A stretch of 64,000 bases of DNA, from positions 4,606,509 through 4,670,508 of the forward strand of contig OY763324.1 of NCBI GenBank assembly GCA_963667365.1, given 5' to 3'. The notes below the pieces were generated by a model that worked only from the letters and a program-made list of their open reading frames with translations, made no database searches and was not told the DNA's origin. Source of the DNA: Candidatus Poribacteria bacterium. Lineage in GTDB: Bacteria; Poribacteria; WGA-4E; WGA-3G. Shown one piece after another: positions 27,072 to 37,852 of this stretch; the stretch's first letter is position 1, and the number at the start of each line of letters is the position of its first letter. Made by a program: the position numbers and the translations under genes.

Positions 27072-28589
27072 TTAACTCAAGCCAAGTTTTTCAACAAGGG
27101 TTTGTGGGTTAGGGGACAGGTCAAGTGCTTCATTATATTTTCGTGCGATTTTAGCGTCTGCAAGAGAGTTCATATTGATTGTAACAGGTTTACCATTGAT
27201 GTCAAAGGTAATGCTATCCCATTGAACAGTTTTGATTGAATCTTCAAACTTATTGAGAGATTTTCCTCGAAAATAAGCACGTGTGTCCAATGGAGGCGTA
27301 TGTATAGCGTGTTGGATCTGTTCGTCTGTTATAACACGTTTCATTTGTAAACCATAAAATAAACCCTCATCCATATCAATGTTATGGTATTCCAAATCAA
27401 TGCTCTGTAGCCATGGATCATCCCATGCAATATCTTCAGATTCAACGAAGGTTTCCAACAACCACTTTTTTGCTACCCAATCAAGTCGATCAGTAAGCGT
27501 CATGGGATCAGTTTCAAGTGTGTTGAGTGTTTCTTCCCACTGTGTCAAGACCCAATCAGTATCTCCATTTTGATGAGCGAGATGTTTCTGGGCGAGTGCA
27601 AGATACTCACGTTGATGGTCAATTGCACTCATCATTTTACCATCAACTTTTTGTAACATCCAGCGATAGGTTTGGTCATGAGAAATCACTTTGATAGTAT
27701 CAATGGGGTTAGCAATTGCAATATTCTTAGGAATAAGCCGTTGTTCAATAAGATCAATAACAAGAGCAGTAGTTCCGACCTTGAGTGCCGTTGCGTATTC
27801 GGACATGTTTGCATCCCCGACGATTCCGTGAAGCCTTCGGTATGTCGCTGGGTCCGCGTGTGGTTCGTCACGGGTATTGACAATCGGACGTTTGTGCATC
27901 GTATCCACACTCGCTTCAACATGAAAGAAATCAGAACGTTGGGTGAGTTGGAAATGTCCTGGTGTTGCAAGTCCTGCCTCGGTTTCTATACCTATCTTAC
28001 CTGACCCAGCAAAAATTTGTCTTGTCACAAAAAACGGTAGGATACATGCCTTGAGATAATCAAACGGAACTTCTCGCGCCATAAGATAGTTATCGTGACA
28101 ACCGTAACTATGTCCATAAAAATCTGTATTGTTTTTATATAGGAGAACACGTTGTCCAAGTTCTTGACTACGTCGTTCAGCACATTTGTAAAGTATACGT
28201 TCACCTGCTTTGTCATGTGCCACGAGATCAAATAGACTTTGACATTCTGGTGTGGAATATTCCGGATGTGCATGGTCATTGTAAAGACGTGCACCGTTAA
28301 TTAGGATACGGTCACTCTTTATTTCCCGGAAGGATCGTCCTGGTTCTTTAGCAAATCGTTCGCGATCTCGTTTTTCTTCCTCAACTTCGTCTGGGTGGTT
28401 ATTTAGATGTTCTGCGCGGAATCCGCGTTCATCCCGAAAGGGGTCTTCACCATCATAGTCCCATTGAGGCAAGAAAGGATCACGCCGATAGTTTTTTATG
28501 AGTTCAATGGATTCCTTAACGGGATCAATCTGTTCTGCATTTTCAAGTGTGATTCCGTATTCGGTTTCGATTCCAAAAAGTCTGTGCAT
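27072..28589 (-). CDS. dop: Depupylase/deamidase Dop
   Basis: MHRLFGIETEYG N-terminus, plus a roughly 40-aa acidic Dop-loop insertion (...DYDGEDPFRDERGFRAEHLNNHPDEVEEEKRDRERF). Upstream of pup. Confidence 0.8.
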   Translation of the reverse strand: MHRLFGIETEYGITLENAEQIDPVKESIELIKNYRRDPFLPQWDYDGEDPFRDERGFRAEHLNNHPDEVEEEKRDRERFAKEPGRSFREIKSDRILINGARLYNDHAHPEYSTPECQSLFDLVAHDKAGERILYKCAERRSQELGQRVLLYKNNTDFYGHSYGCHDNYLMAREVPFDYLKACILPFFVTRQIFAGSGKIGIETEAGLATPGHFQLTQRSDFFHVEASVDTMHKRPIVNTRDEPHADPATYRRLHGIVGDANMSEYATALKVGTTALVIDLIEQRLIPKNIAIANPIDTIKVISHDQTYRWMLQKVDGKMMSAIDHQREYLALAQKHLAHQNGDTDWVLTQWEETLNTLETDPMTLTDRLDWVAKKWLLETFVESEDIAWDDPWLQSIDLEYHNIDMDEGLFYGLQMKRVITDEQIQHAIHTPPLDTRAYFRGKSLNKFEDSIKTVQWDSITFDINGKPVTINMNSLADAKIARKYNEALDLSPNPQTLVEKLGLS

Positions 28590-28650
28590 TATTTATGTCT
28601 TTCTACGGTATGTAAGACAGATGTATAAGGTATAAAATTAAAATAAAGAA

Positions 28651-30477
28651 CTATATCACCGGACTCGGTGTTTTTCGCTGTTCCCTCTTTTCAGATAGAA
28701 TAGGCGTGACTTTGACAACATTCACAGGATCGTAATCTAAGAGTTTTAACCAATCCTCTGTAGCTTCCGTCGGTGGGAAAATATCGTTTTCGCTAAATTC
28801 TGCATTGAGTGCATCTATCAGGTCATCTGAAGATATACCTGTCTGCGTTTCGGGAGAAGCAATAGCACGTTTCATAGCAGTTTCTTTTGCTCTTTGAACA
28901 ATAGACTCAATAATCGCACCACTGCAGAGATGACCACGGTAAAGTATGTCACGTCTTCCGCTGCGGAGAGCAACTTCAAGGAATCGATTTTCTGATGTCT
29001 CACGGAACATTTCATCTACAACTTGTGTAATCAAATTATCTATGACTTCCTTATCTGCGGTATCTCCTGTTTCAGATTCAATGGGTAGGTCTTGAGTAAG
29101 GTAGATACTAAATATATCCTTGGCTGCATCTTTATTGGGACGTGTGACTTTAATTTTTCTATCAATTCTTCCGGGACGCAAAATGGCAGGATCAATTAAG
29201 TCTGGTCGGTTTGTTGCCAGAATGATGACTACTTCCTGTAATGGCTCAATACCATCCATTTCTGCACAGAACATTGGCACGAGTGTGTTAGAAATACTGT
29301 GTGATCGCATAGCGCGACGTGTGCCTAAAATAGATTCCGCTTCATCAATAAAGACAAACGCAAGTTTACCCTCAGCACGTTTTTCGCGTGCAGAAAGAAA
29401 GATTTCTCTGACTTTCCGTTCCGATTCACCCAACCACATATTGAGTATTTCGGGACCTTTAATGTGAAGAAATGCTCCTTCAATCTCTTCACCAGACTCT
29501 GTCTTGAGACGTTCTGTTAAGTTATAGGCGGTGGCTTTTCCGATGAGTGTTTTACCACATCCTGGAGGACCGTGGAGGAGAAATCCTTTTGGGACAGTAT
29601 ATTGAAACTTTTTAAAGAGTTCAGGATGTAGAATCGGCTGCTCAATTGTATCTTTTATTCGTTGAATAGTTTCGTCAAGACCACCTATTTTCGACCATGG
29701 TATTGGTGGCACAGCTTCAAGTGCATAGTCGTTCCGTTCTTTTGAAGCAATACGTTCAAGTGCAACTTTTAAACTGGAATCAAGCCGTACTTCGTCACCC
29801 GTCTTTAACTTTACATCAACTAAGTCAGCAGCACGTTCAATTATAACAGATTGTAGACTCGGTTCTGACCCAACACGCAACCTGCCATCTGATAGTACAT
29901 CTGCAATTTTGGCAATTGGTCCCGATTCGTTATAACCAAGTTCACCAACTACGACGAAGGCTTCATTCAGAAGGACACTAACACCTGTTTTTAAGTTTTC
30001 TTTTTCCAGTTGTGGGTCAATATTGGCATAGTATTCTGACCCGCCTACGGTAACGCGCGCTGTATCGTCTTGAGGGACTGCAAGGAGAGTTCCAATGCGA
30101 TTTGCTGGTGCTGTCAGTTTTTCAATTTGTTCATCCATCTCATCGCGTATACGCTCTGCTTCCTGGACTATGGCTCGAACTCTTTGTCGGAACTCACCTT
30201 CATCGTTAATGATAGACCGACGTAATTCAATCAGCAAACGTCGTCTTCGGTCTTCCACAGGAGTTTCTGAGATGATTTGGTGAATCAGATGTAAGGAATA
30301 GCCGGAACTCGCCTCATCTCCAACGATCTCATCTTCTTCCGGTTCCAACTCCTCCTCGTCATCAAAAAAAAGTTTCTGATCGTCCGGACCTATGTCAGCA
30401 TTGCTACGGTTTTTCTTATCGTACATTTTGTACGTCTCCTCAGACAGAATGGGTGACTTTACGATAAAGTTTACCAC
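28651..30477 (-). CDS. mpa: Proteasome-associated AAA+ ATPase (Mpa/ARC). Likely start MYDKKNRSN at 30426.
   Basis: Coiled-coil N-terminus, OB region, AAA module GPPGCGKTL...VFIDEAESIL. First gene of the pup-proteasome operon. Confidence 0.85.
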   Translation of the reverse strand: MVNFIVKSPILSEETYKMYDKKNRSNADIGPDDQKLFFDDEEELEPEEDEIVGDEASSGYSLHLIHQIISETPVEDRRRRLLIELRRSIINDEGEFRQRVRAIVQEAERIRDEMDEQIEKLTAPANRIGTLLAVPQDDTARVTVGGSEYYANIDPQLEKENLKTGVSVLLNEAFVVVGELGYNESGPIAKIADVLSDGRLRVGSEPSLQSVIIERAADLVDVKLKTGDEVRLDSSLKVALERIASKERNDYALEAVPPIPWSKIGGLDETIQRIKDTIEQPILHPELFKKFQYTVPKGFLLHGPPGCGKTLIGKATAYNLTERLKTESGEEIEGAFLHIKGPEILNMWLGESERKVREIFLSAREKRAEGKLAFVFIDEAESILGTRRAMRSHSISNTLVPMFCAEMDGIEPLQEVVIILATNRPDLIDPAILRPGRIDRKIKVTRPNKDAAKDIFSIYLTQDLPIESETGDTADKEVIDNLITQVVDEMFRETSENRFLEVALRSGRRDILYRGHLCSGAIIESIVQRAKETAMKRAIASPETQTGISSDDLIDALNAEFSENDIFPPTEATEDWLKLLDYDPVNVVKVTPILSEKREQRKTPSPVI

Positions 30478-30678
30478 ATTTCTAACTTAATTTGCGAATC
30501 TTTTCACCATTTGCAATTATCTTAACAGATTAAGGTTTATAGATAGATATTGCTTAAATGTTGTCTTAATTGTGGTAATTGTTATTATTTTAGCATATTT
30601 TGCAGATAGTTGCAAGTTAAAATATAGTGAGTTTCAATAGCATTTTCTGTCTACTGTCATTTATATCTCTGATAGATT

Positions 30679-30700
30679 TAAACAAACTCGAGTTTGTTTA
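30679..30700. promoter_or_regulatory. Perfect 22-bp palindrome taaacaaactcgagtttgttta about 200 bp upstream of mpa
   Basis: 11-bp arms, no spacer. In the AT-rich leader of the proteasome operon. Confidence 0.4.
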
Positions 30701-31123
30701 GTTTACCATGCAATTTATTACAAGACAAGTAAATAAGGTATATTAAACTATGATCAGTAGATGCAGGTCTTTATGTGATTAGGGAATTGGATAGGCACAA
30801 TTAAACAACGAATCGGTAGAATATGGATTGAGTCAATGAACTCCGCTGAATTTTAATGTATTAATGAAACATTTAACGGAGATATCGTGTTTAGGTTAGT
30901 CGTATCTGTCAATGCTTATTCGGCACGTTCACCCGTAGTTCCAGAACATTGAATAAGACTTAGGTTGACATTAACAAATTGACTATCTATATTCTGACTT
31001 AGCAAGAAATTAAATCAAGCATTATCTAATGCAGAAATAGAATAAATATGAGTAGTAAAATATGAGACTATTAGAAGAAAATCAAGATTTGTTTGGGATG
31101 ATAATAATAGGTAGGTGTGTTGA

Positions 31124-34100
31124 TTAGGTAGACTTCGGTGACAGATTAGTTTGTTCGGAATTTTGACTCTTACCTATCGAATCCTTCGACGGAGTAGAAT
31201 AAACACCTCGTTGTACACGAACAATTTCTCCTCTTTCTATAAGACGTTTAAGTTCATTTTTTATTGCCTCCGGATTTCCTTCAATAGACTTAACAAATTC
31301 TGCAGTCTTTTTATCACTTTCATCAAGAAGAGATAATATTTGAGTTCTAAAGGGTACACGCAACGGTGCACCACCCCTAAGTTTTTTTAAATAACGGTTC
31401 GCTTGTCTTGAAGAACACCCCAAAATATGTTCAACTTTTTCTCGGTCAGATCTTCCAGTAAGATTATCCCGTTCCGTTTCAAAATGTTGACGGGTAGCAA
31501 TTACCTCAGGAAGTTTGTCAAGTCCACCAGCCACCTCAAAATCTTCCCAGTCAAATAGGAGTGTATTGACATTATCTGTAATACCAGGAAGTTCTATACC
31601 AGACATCAAAACGACAGTTTTATCAGATAGATGATACAATCCTATGCGATTGATAATTGATCTAAGTATAGCGGCAATATTCTGTTCATAAATAGATTGT
31701 AACCTATCATCCTTATAAAGTCCCGTCTCTAAATCCTTCTCATAAAGGAGTGGTTGTCTATCATTTCCAAAGTATTTTTGTGCTTGCCGCCAAATCATAC
31801 TTTGTGGTGGGTGGGGCGCACCGACAATCCAAATGACTTGAACTTTTTCAAGAATTGTCTCCCATCCTGTAACATTTATTGAATGACGTAGAAAATGTAC
31901 GTTGTCTGTGTCTACAATTTCTGACATCTGGTTGTATGTTGCAACCTCAGAGATAATTGCATGTGAAACACTCGTATCTTTGTTGATTTCAGCAAAGATT
32001 CCAGCAAGAAATCTGAGACCTGTTTCCCTAACTCCAACCACATCCCAGTTACCGTTGTATGCTAATATCGTTTCACGTGCATATATACCTGTCCGAATTT
32101 GAAAGATCTGATTTCCTTTATGAAACGATTGATTTTCAATGTGTCTTACCTCTGAGACTTCGTATGGAAAAGTCCTGCGGAGATGTTCACCCGTGATTGA
32201 TCTGGTTGTCACTAAAAGACGTTTGATGGTTGGATGTAGTGCTGGTGGCACCCAGAACTCAAAAACTTGTTTATCCCACTGAACTCGTGTATCTTCATCT
32301 CGAGTGTAATATTCAAAGAAACGAATTAATTCATGCCATTTCGTCCAGTTAGGATTAGAACAGACAGTCGGAAAATCGTTTATATCCTCAACTGTTTCTG
32401 TTTTTAAAATACCAAGTTGGATTGCTTTTTCCATATCCACAGGTATTTTCATATATTCGTTTACAATATAAGATTTAGGTAGGAAAAAAGACAGATTTTT
32501 CGCCTTTAGAATATCTGCCGCCTTATCATCTATCGGAATATATGCTTCCACACCTCCCTCAAACTCAATTGTAAATTGTGCTAATTCTTGTGCTGTATCA
32601 GGATCAACATATCCCCGCTCAATGACCTTGGATTGCACATTTATTGCACACATTTGTTTTATGATCTCTTTTTCCTGCAGTCGAAATGCGTGTACCACTG
32701 AACGGATACGTCGAACGGAATCATCATCAAACCTTCCATTGAATTCTAAGGCATTTAGTAAGAAGTTGGCAAAGTTACCTAAAGAGTCTCCACGCCAGTT
32801 CTGTATCCATTCCTTCAATAAATCCACTGACAATTCACACCTGATAAAGTTTGCTTGAGAATTCAATACTCCCGAAATATAAGTTCGTTTTGAATTGTCC
32901 ATTTGTCCAAAGATTTCTGTCATCACTGCTGAGTATTGTGGATTATAAAATAGTCCCGGAAAAGACATAATTATAGTATTCTCTTTTTGTAATTTTTCAT
33001 ACTGAGCCAAAAACCCGTGTTGTTGACATTCCGTGTAGACAGGACACTGTGGACAGATACTTTTGTTGGGATCTCCCCCTTTTTTTTCCAGCGTGTCGCA
33101 ACGGTCTGCGTCTATGCAGACATTTCCAAATTTAAATGTGTTAGCTATTCGTTCATCAAGAGGTATATCTTTTACCTGTTCCCATAGGTAGTTCCGTTGT
33201 TTCAATATCCCAAAAGATGTTAGGTTATATTTATGTGAAAGTTGATCTACTACTGTAGCAAATGTATGTTTAGGCACATTCAAACATAGAGGGGTTTTAT
33301 TGTGGAGAAAAGAGGTAATATCACAGATTCCATCCATATCTGTATCAATTATCAGTCCGAGAACGCGTGTCCCTCCCTCAAAAATCTTCTTCAACTGGTT
33401 AACATCTTTTTTAAATGTTTTATAGGACTGTATCAAATGTTTCTTTTCACCCAGTATTGGAGCAGGACGTTTTATCTTCAATGGACTAATTTTTCCTTGC
33501 CGAACACTCAGGACATCTTCTGATAACAGGGGACCGGTAGTAGGTAGTATTCCGGTGTCATTCCAGACTTCTGTTATTGGAGTAGTTTCAATTGGTAAAC
33601 CGAAGCCGGGAGCAGATGCGCGTATCCACACTGTTCCTTCGCGCTCCCATAGTAATACATCCGTGTTACGATCTTTATTTTCTTGGTATGTCCACTGGTG
33701 AAATTCGTTATTTTCTCTTATATAAGAAAAACCACGCCGAATAAATGCTTCTCTTGCGAGATCAAGCCTATGTGTCCCAAGTGATAATGGCACAGCAGTA
33801 GGTGTTTTATTATCATCATCTTTTATTAGTAGGATGGCTGGTTCATCTTCTTCAGTTGTGTCGGGTTCATGAAGAATATCGCGTAGGATATTAATTGGTG
33901 CAAAGAGAATATCGCTTGAAATAATAGGTGGGTCCAAAAGATTTCCCATGAGAATCTCATAACGCGCATCCCAACGACTGTGTCCTCGATCTCCCAAAAT
34001 TTCAAGGTACACGGACCTTTTATCTGAAGTGTGTTTACAAATATACGACCTTTCCGTTTCAGTTTCTGAATGCAGATAATCTGGTATTCGGCAGGAAAAT

Positions 34101-34588
34101 CGTATCCCACCAGATTTTGTCAATGTTAAGAGTGGATTCACGACATAATTAACCAGTGCTTCGATACAGGTGATAAATGCATCTGGCGCGGCACATAGGG
34201 CTTCATAGTTAAAATTGATGTCATGCCATCGTGCCCCGTAGCGTTCGGAAGGAATACCGGTAAACACTTGAATTCCCCAAGATTCACTCCACCGACGGGG
34301 ATCCCAACTTTCTGTTACCTGACGAGTTGTAAATCGCTGATTCCATTTATTCATATCTAAAGTTCTGGGAGCTCTGTCGTTTTCTGGAGCACGTCCTATC
34401 GGCATAAAAGATATGTGTGCATCCTCAAGTGTATGGAGCGGTACAGATTGTCCGTACGCACAATGGACAGTATACTCATACGAAATACCTTTATTGTATG
34501 CAGCGGGTTTTATTGATGTCTGACGTTGCCGAAGTGGATTATTGTGTCGTTCGTGACAACGTTCAATAAGTCTTATTAAATTTTTCAT
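31124..34588 (-). CDS. Giant orphan protein (1154 aa): possible AEP primase-polymerase-like N-terminus, Cys-rich Zn-ribbon, C-terminal winged HTH (AbiEi-like)
   Basis: ...GIQVFTGIPSERYGARWHDINF, ...LTKSGGIRFSCRIP and ...EILGDRGH loosely resemble PrimPol motifs I-III. CDADRCDTLEKKGGDPNKSICPQCPVYTEC. C-terminal ...RLIERGEIVRVQRGVYSTP. No Walker A motif. Sits in an AT-rich island. Confidence 0.5.
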   Translation of the reverse strand: MKNLIRLIERCHERHNNPLRQRQTSIKPAAYNKGISYEYTVHCAYGQSVPLHTLEDAHISFMPIGRAPENDRAPRTLDMNKWNQRFTTRQVTESWDPRRWSESWGIQVFTGIPSERYGARWHDINFNYEALCAAPDAFITCIEALVNYVVNPLLTLTKSGGIRFSCRIPDYLHSETETERSYICKHTSDKRSVYLEILGDRGHSRWDARYEILMGNLLDPPIISSDILFAPINILRDILHEPDTTEEDEPAILLIKDDDNKTPTAVPLSLGTHRLDLAREAFIRRGFSYIRENNEFHQWTYQENKDRNTDVLLWEREGTVWIRASAPGFGLPIETTPITEVWNDTGILPTTGPLLSEDVLSVRQGKISPLKIKRPAPILGEKKHLIQSYKTFKKDVNQLKKIFEGGTRVLGLIIDTDMDGICDITSFLHNKTPLCLNVPKHTFATVVDQLSHKYNLTSFGILKQRNYLWEQVKDIPLDERIANTFKFGNVCIDADRCDTLEKKGGDPNKSICPQCPVYTECQQHGFLAQYEKLQKENTIIMSFPGLFYNPQYSAVMTEIFGQMDNSKRTYISGVLNSQANFIRCELSVDLLKEWIQNWRGDSLGNFANFLLNALEFNGRFDDDSVRRIRSVVHAFRLQEKEIIKQMCAINVQSKVIERGYVDPDTAQELAQFTIEFEGGVEAYIPIDDKAADILKAKNLSFFLPKSYIVNEYMKIPVDMEKAIQLGILKTETVEDINDFPTVCSNPNWTKWHELIRFFEYYTRDEDTRVQWDKQVFEFWVPPALHPTIKRLLVTTRSITGEHLRRTFPYEVSEVRHIENQSFHKGNQIFQIRTGIYARETILAYNGNWDVVGVRETGLRFLAGIFAEINKDTSVSHAIISEVATYNQMSEIVDTDNVHFLRHSINVTGWETILEKVQVIWIVGAPHPPQSMIWRQAQKYFGNDRQPLLYEKDLETGLYKDDRLQSIYEQNIAAILRSIINRIGLYHLSDKTVVLMSGIELPGITDNVNTLLFDWEDFEVAGGLDKLPEVIATRQHFETERDNLTGRSDREKVEHILGCSSRQANRYLKKLRGGAPLRVPFRTQILSLLDESDKKTAEFVKSIEGNPEAIKNELKRLIERGEIVRVQRGVYSTPSKDSIGKSQNSEQTNLSPKST

Positions 34589-34785
34589 AGTGTCATATTT
34601 GATTATATTAGTTTAAATTATGTGTCGGTGGAGAATTTCGATTCTGATATTTAATTATGAAAGCGGATTGTTTTGCTAAAGTATCACAGCATTACATTAT
34701 TTGTCAAGTATTATTAAATAACCCAAGTTGCTACTTATTGGATTTTCAACGTTATCGTGCTCTTAACATGGGATATTTAATCTTT

Positions 34786-34860
34786 TGCTCCATCGGAGGG
34801 ATATGTTTATAGCACGCATATACCGTCATTCTTCCGCTCCATCGGAGCGATATGTGGAAA
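34786..34860. repeat. Two copies of a roughly 22-bp direct repeat (gctccatcggagggatatgt / gctccatcggagcgatatgt), each with a ctcc..ggag hairpin, 200-270 bp upstream of the giant ORF
   Basis: Copies at 34787-34807 and 34837-34857. Confidence 0.55.
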
Positions 34861-35190
34861 TCGTTACCGTAATGGATAGATTTTTGTCTTAGATTTACCG
34901 TGAGTTAGGTATAAGCAACTTTGGGAATCGGTAAATATGCACTGCAAAATGACTTTGTTATAGTGCCTGTTAAATCTTGTAAAGTTTTGAGTCAATCCTG
35001 ATAAAATTAGTCATAAATAGCCTATAAACCCAATGGTGATAAGGGATTGTAGCAAATTCCCAAATTCCTACAATTCCGATTGACTCAAAAAACTCAAAAG
35101 TATGACATTGTAAATTCGGCAAATAAATATGAAATCCTGCATGTCTGCTAAACCGAACTCACGTTAAATATAGTGATTCCACAATTAATT

Positions 35191-35220
35191 TTGACAAGAC
35201 CTACTTTATTATAGTATAAT
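35191..35220 (+). promoter_or_regulatory. Candidate sigma70 promoter of the rplM-rpsI operon (TTGACA-18-TATAAT)
   Basis: TTGACA at 35191-35196, TATAAT at 35215-35220, about 55 bp upstream of rplM. Confidence 0.45.
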
Positions 35221-35275
35221 ACATTAATGCATTTGAGTATATAACTAATGGAAATGTCAACATTTACCAAAAAGG

Positions 35276-35722
35276 TTGAGAATTATGGTATTAAAAACAA
35301 AAACCTATTTCCCTAAATCCGAAAAACAGATTAAGTGGTACATCGTAGATGCAGATGGACAGGTGCTCGGACGATTAGCATCCCGTATTGCACAAGTACT
35401 GAGAGGAAAACACGACCCGAGTTTTACACCTCACGCGGATTTAGGTTATCGTGTTGCTGTGATTAACGCTGAAAAGGTCGTTGTCACTGGTAATAAGGCA
35501 GAGCAAAAAACTTATTTCCGACATAGCGGTTATCCTGGTGGTGATAGGTATCGAACTTACAATGAACAGATGGAACGCAATCCAGAATATATTATTACAT
35601 CTGCTGTCAAAGGGATGGTTCCAAAAAATAGTCTCGGTGCTAAATTAATGAACGGTTTAAAAGTATACACTGGAACGAACCACCCTCACCAGGCACAAGA
35701 ACCGGAAGTCTTAACATTTTAA
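35276..35722 (+). CDS. rplM: 50S ribosomal protein L13
   Basis: ...KWYIVDADGQVLGRLASRIAQVLRGKHDPSFTPH...VINAEKV. Confidence 0.95.
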   Translation: MRIMVLKTKTYFPKSEKQIKWYIVDADGQVLGRLASRIAQVLRGKHDPSFTPHADLGYRVAVINAEKVVVTGNKAEQKTYFRHSGYPGGDRYRTYNEQMERNPEYIITSAVKGMVPKNSLGAKLMNGLKVYTGTNHPHQAQEPEVLTF

Positions 35723-35737
35723 CAGTTGAGGAAATAT

Positions 35738-36133
35738 ATGGCTATAGAACAATTTTGGGGAACAGGAAGACGTAAAACATCAGTAGCGCGCGTCCGAATT
35801 ATTCCAGGGGGTGAAGGCGATATCATCGTCAACAAGAAACCTATTGAGGATTATTTTGATCGTTCTGACCACGTACAGGAAGCGCGACGTCCGATTGAAC
35901 ACGTTGAACGGTCTGGTGAATTTGCTATCCATGTGAATGTCCGTGGTGGTGGTAATACCGGTCAAGCGGGTGCAATCTCACACGGTCTCGCACGAGCACT
36001 CGTCAAAGCAGATGAATCGCTAAAGCCTACTTTGAAAAAGGGCGGATTTTTAACACGTGACTCGCGTATGGTAGAACGCAAAAAATACGGACAAAAAGGT
36101 GCACGGGCACGGTTCCAATTCTCCAAACGGTAA
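35738..36133 (+). CDS. rpsI: 30S ribosomal protein S9 (tool ORF from 35726; ATG at 35738 with a GAGG RBS)
   Basis: ...GTGRRKTSVARVRI...GGGNTGQAGAISHGLARAL...KKYGQKGARARFQFSKR. Confidence 0.95.
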   Translation: MAIEQFWGTGRRKTSVARVRIIPGGEGDIIVNKKPIEDYFDRSDHVQEARRPIEHVERSGEFAIHVNVRGGGNTGQAGAISHGLARALVKADESLKPTLKKGGFLTRDSRMVERKKYGQKGARARFQFSKR

Positions 36134-36186
36134 TCTTTTCTTGCGTCCAGTCCAATTGACGCTACTTTGTGGTAATTCTGTATTAA

Positions 36187-37476
<1,290 letters not shown>

Positions 37477-37584
37477 GTGTATTGACCCAAACATCCCTCC
37501 ATCACATTTTTCATTCATTCAATAATTTTGCAATTTAACTTGACATTTGTCAAAAAACGTTGTATCATAATATTTTGTGATTTT

Positions 37585-37657
37585 GAGCCGTTAGCTCAGC
37601 AGGTAGAGCATCTGACTTTTAATCAGGTGGTCACAGGTTCGATTCCTGTACGGCTCA
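37585..37657 (+). tRNA. tRNA-Lys (anticodon TTT)
   Basis: Cloverleaf: acceptor gagccgt/acggctc, anticodon loop cTTTTaa, T-arm GGTTCGATTCC. CCA not encoded. Confidence 0.85.
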
Positions 37658-37668
37658 CCTTAATATGC

Positions 37669-37743
37669 GCCCCCGTCGTCTAGCCTGGCCAAGGACACCG
37701 CCCTTTCACGGCGGCGACACGAGTTCAAATCTCGTCGGGGGTA
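37669..37743 (+). tRNA. tRNA-Glu (anticodon TTC)
   Basis: gcccccgTCGTCTAGCCTGGCCAAGGACACCGCCCTTTCACGGCGG...GAGTTCAAATCTCGTcgggggtA, close to E. coli tRNA-Glu. Confidence 0.85.
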
Positions 37744-37752
37744 TTTTTCATG

Positions 37753-37795
37753 AAGAGACCCAACCCATCTGCTGTGGGTTGGGTCTCTTGTTTAT
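37753..37795 (+). terminator. Rho-independent terminator after the tRNA pair
   Basis: 15-bp perfect stem aagagacccaaccca / tgggttgggtctctt, loop tctgctg, then a T-rich tract. Confidence 0.7.
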
Positions 37796-37852
37796 CAATA
37801 AACACTTATACTTAAACAATTACTATTGATTCATTGGCAGTATCGGTAAGTC

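Noticed and set aside
30478-35275. Searched the flanks of the AT-rich island for att-like direct repeats or an integrase
   Set aside because: None found by eye. No integrase or recombinase in the window, so the island is not called an integrative element.
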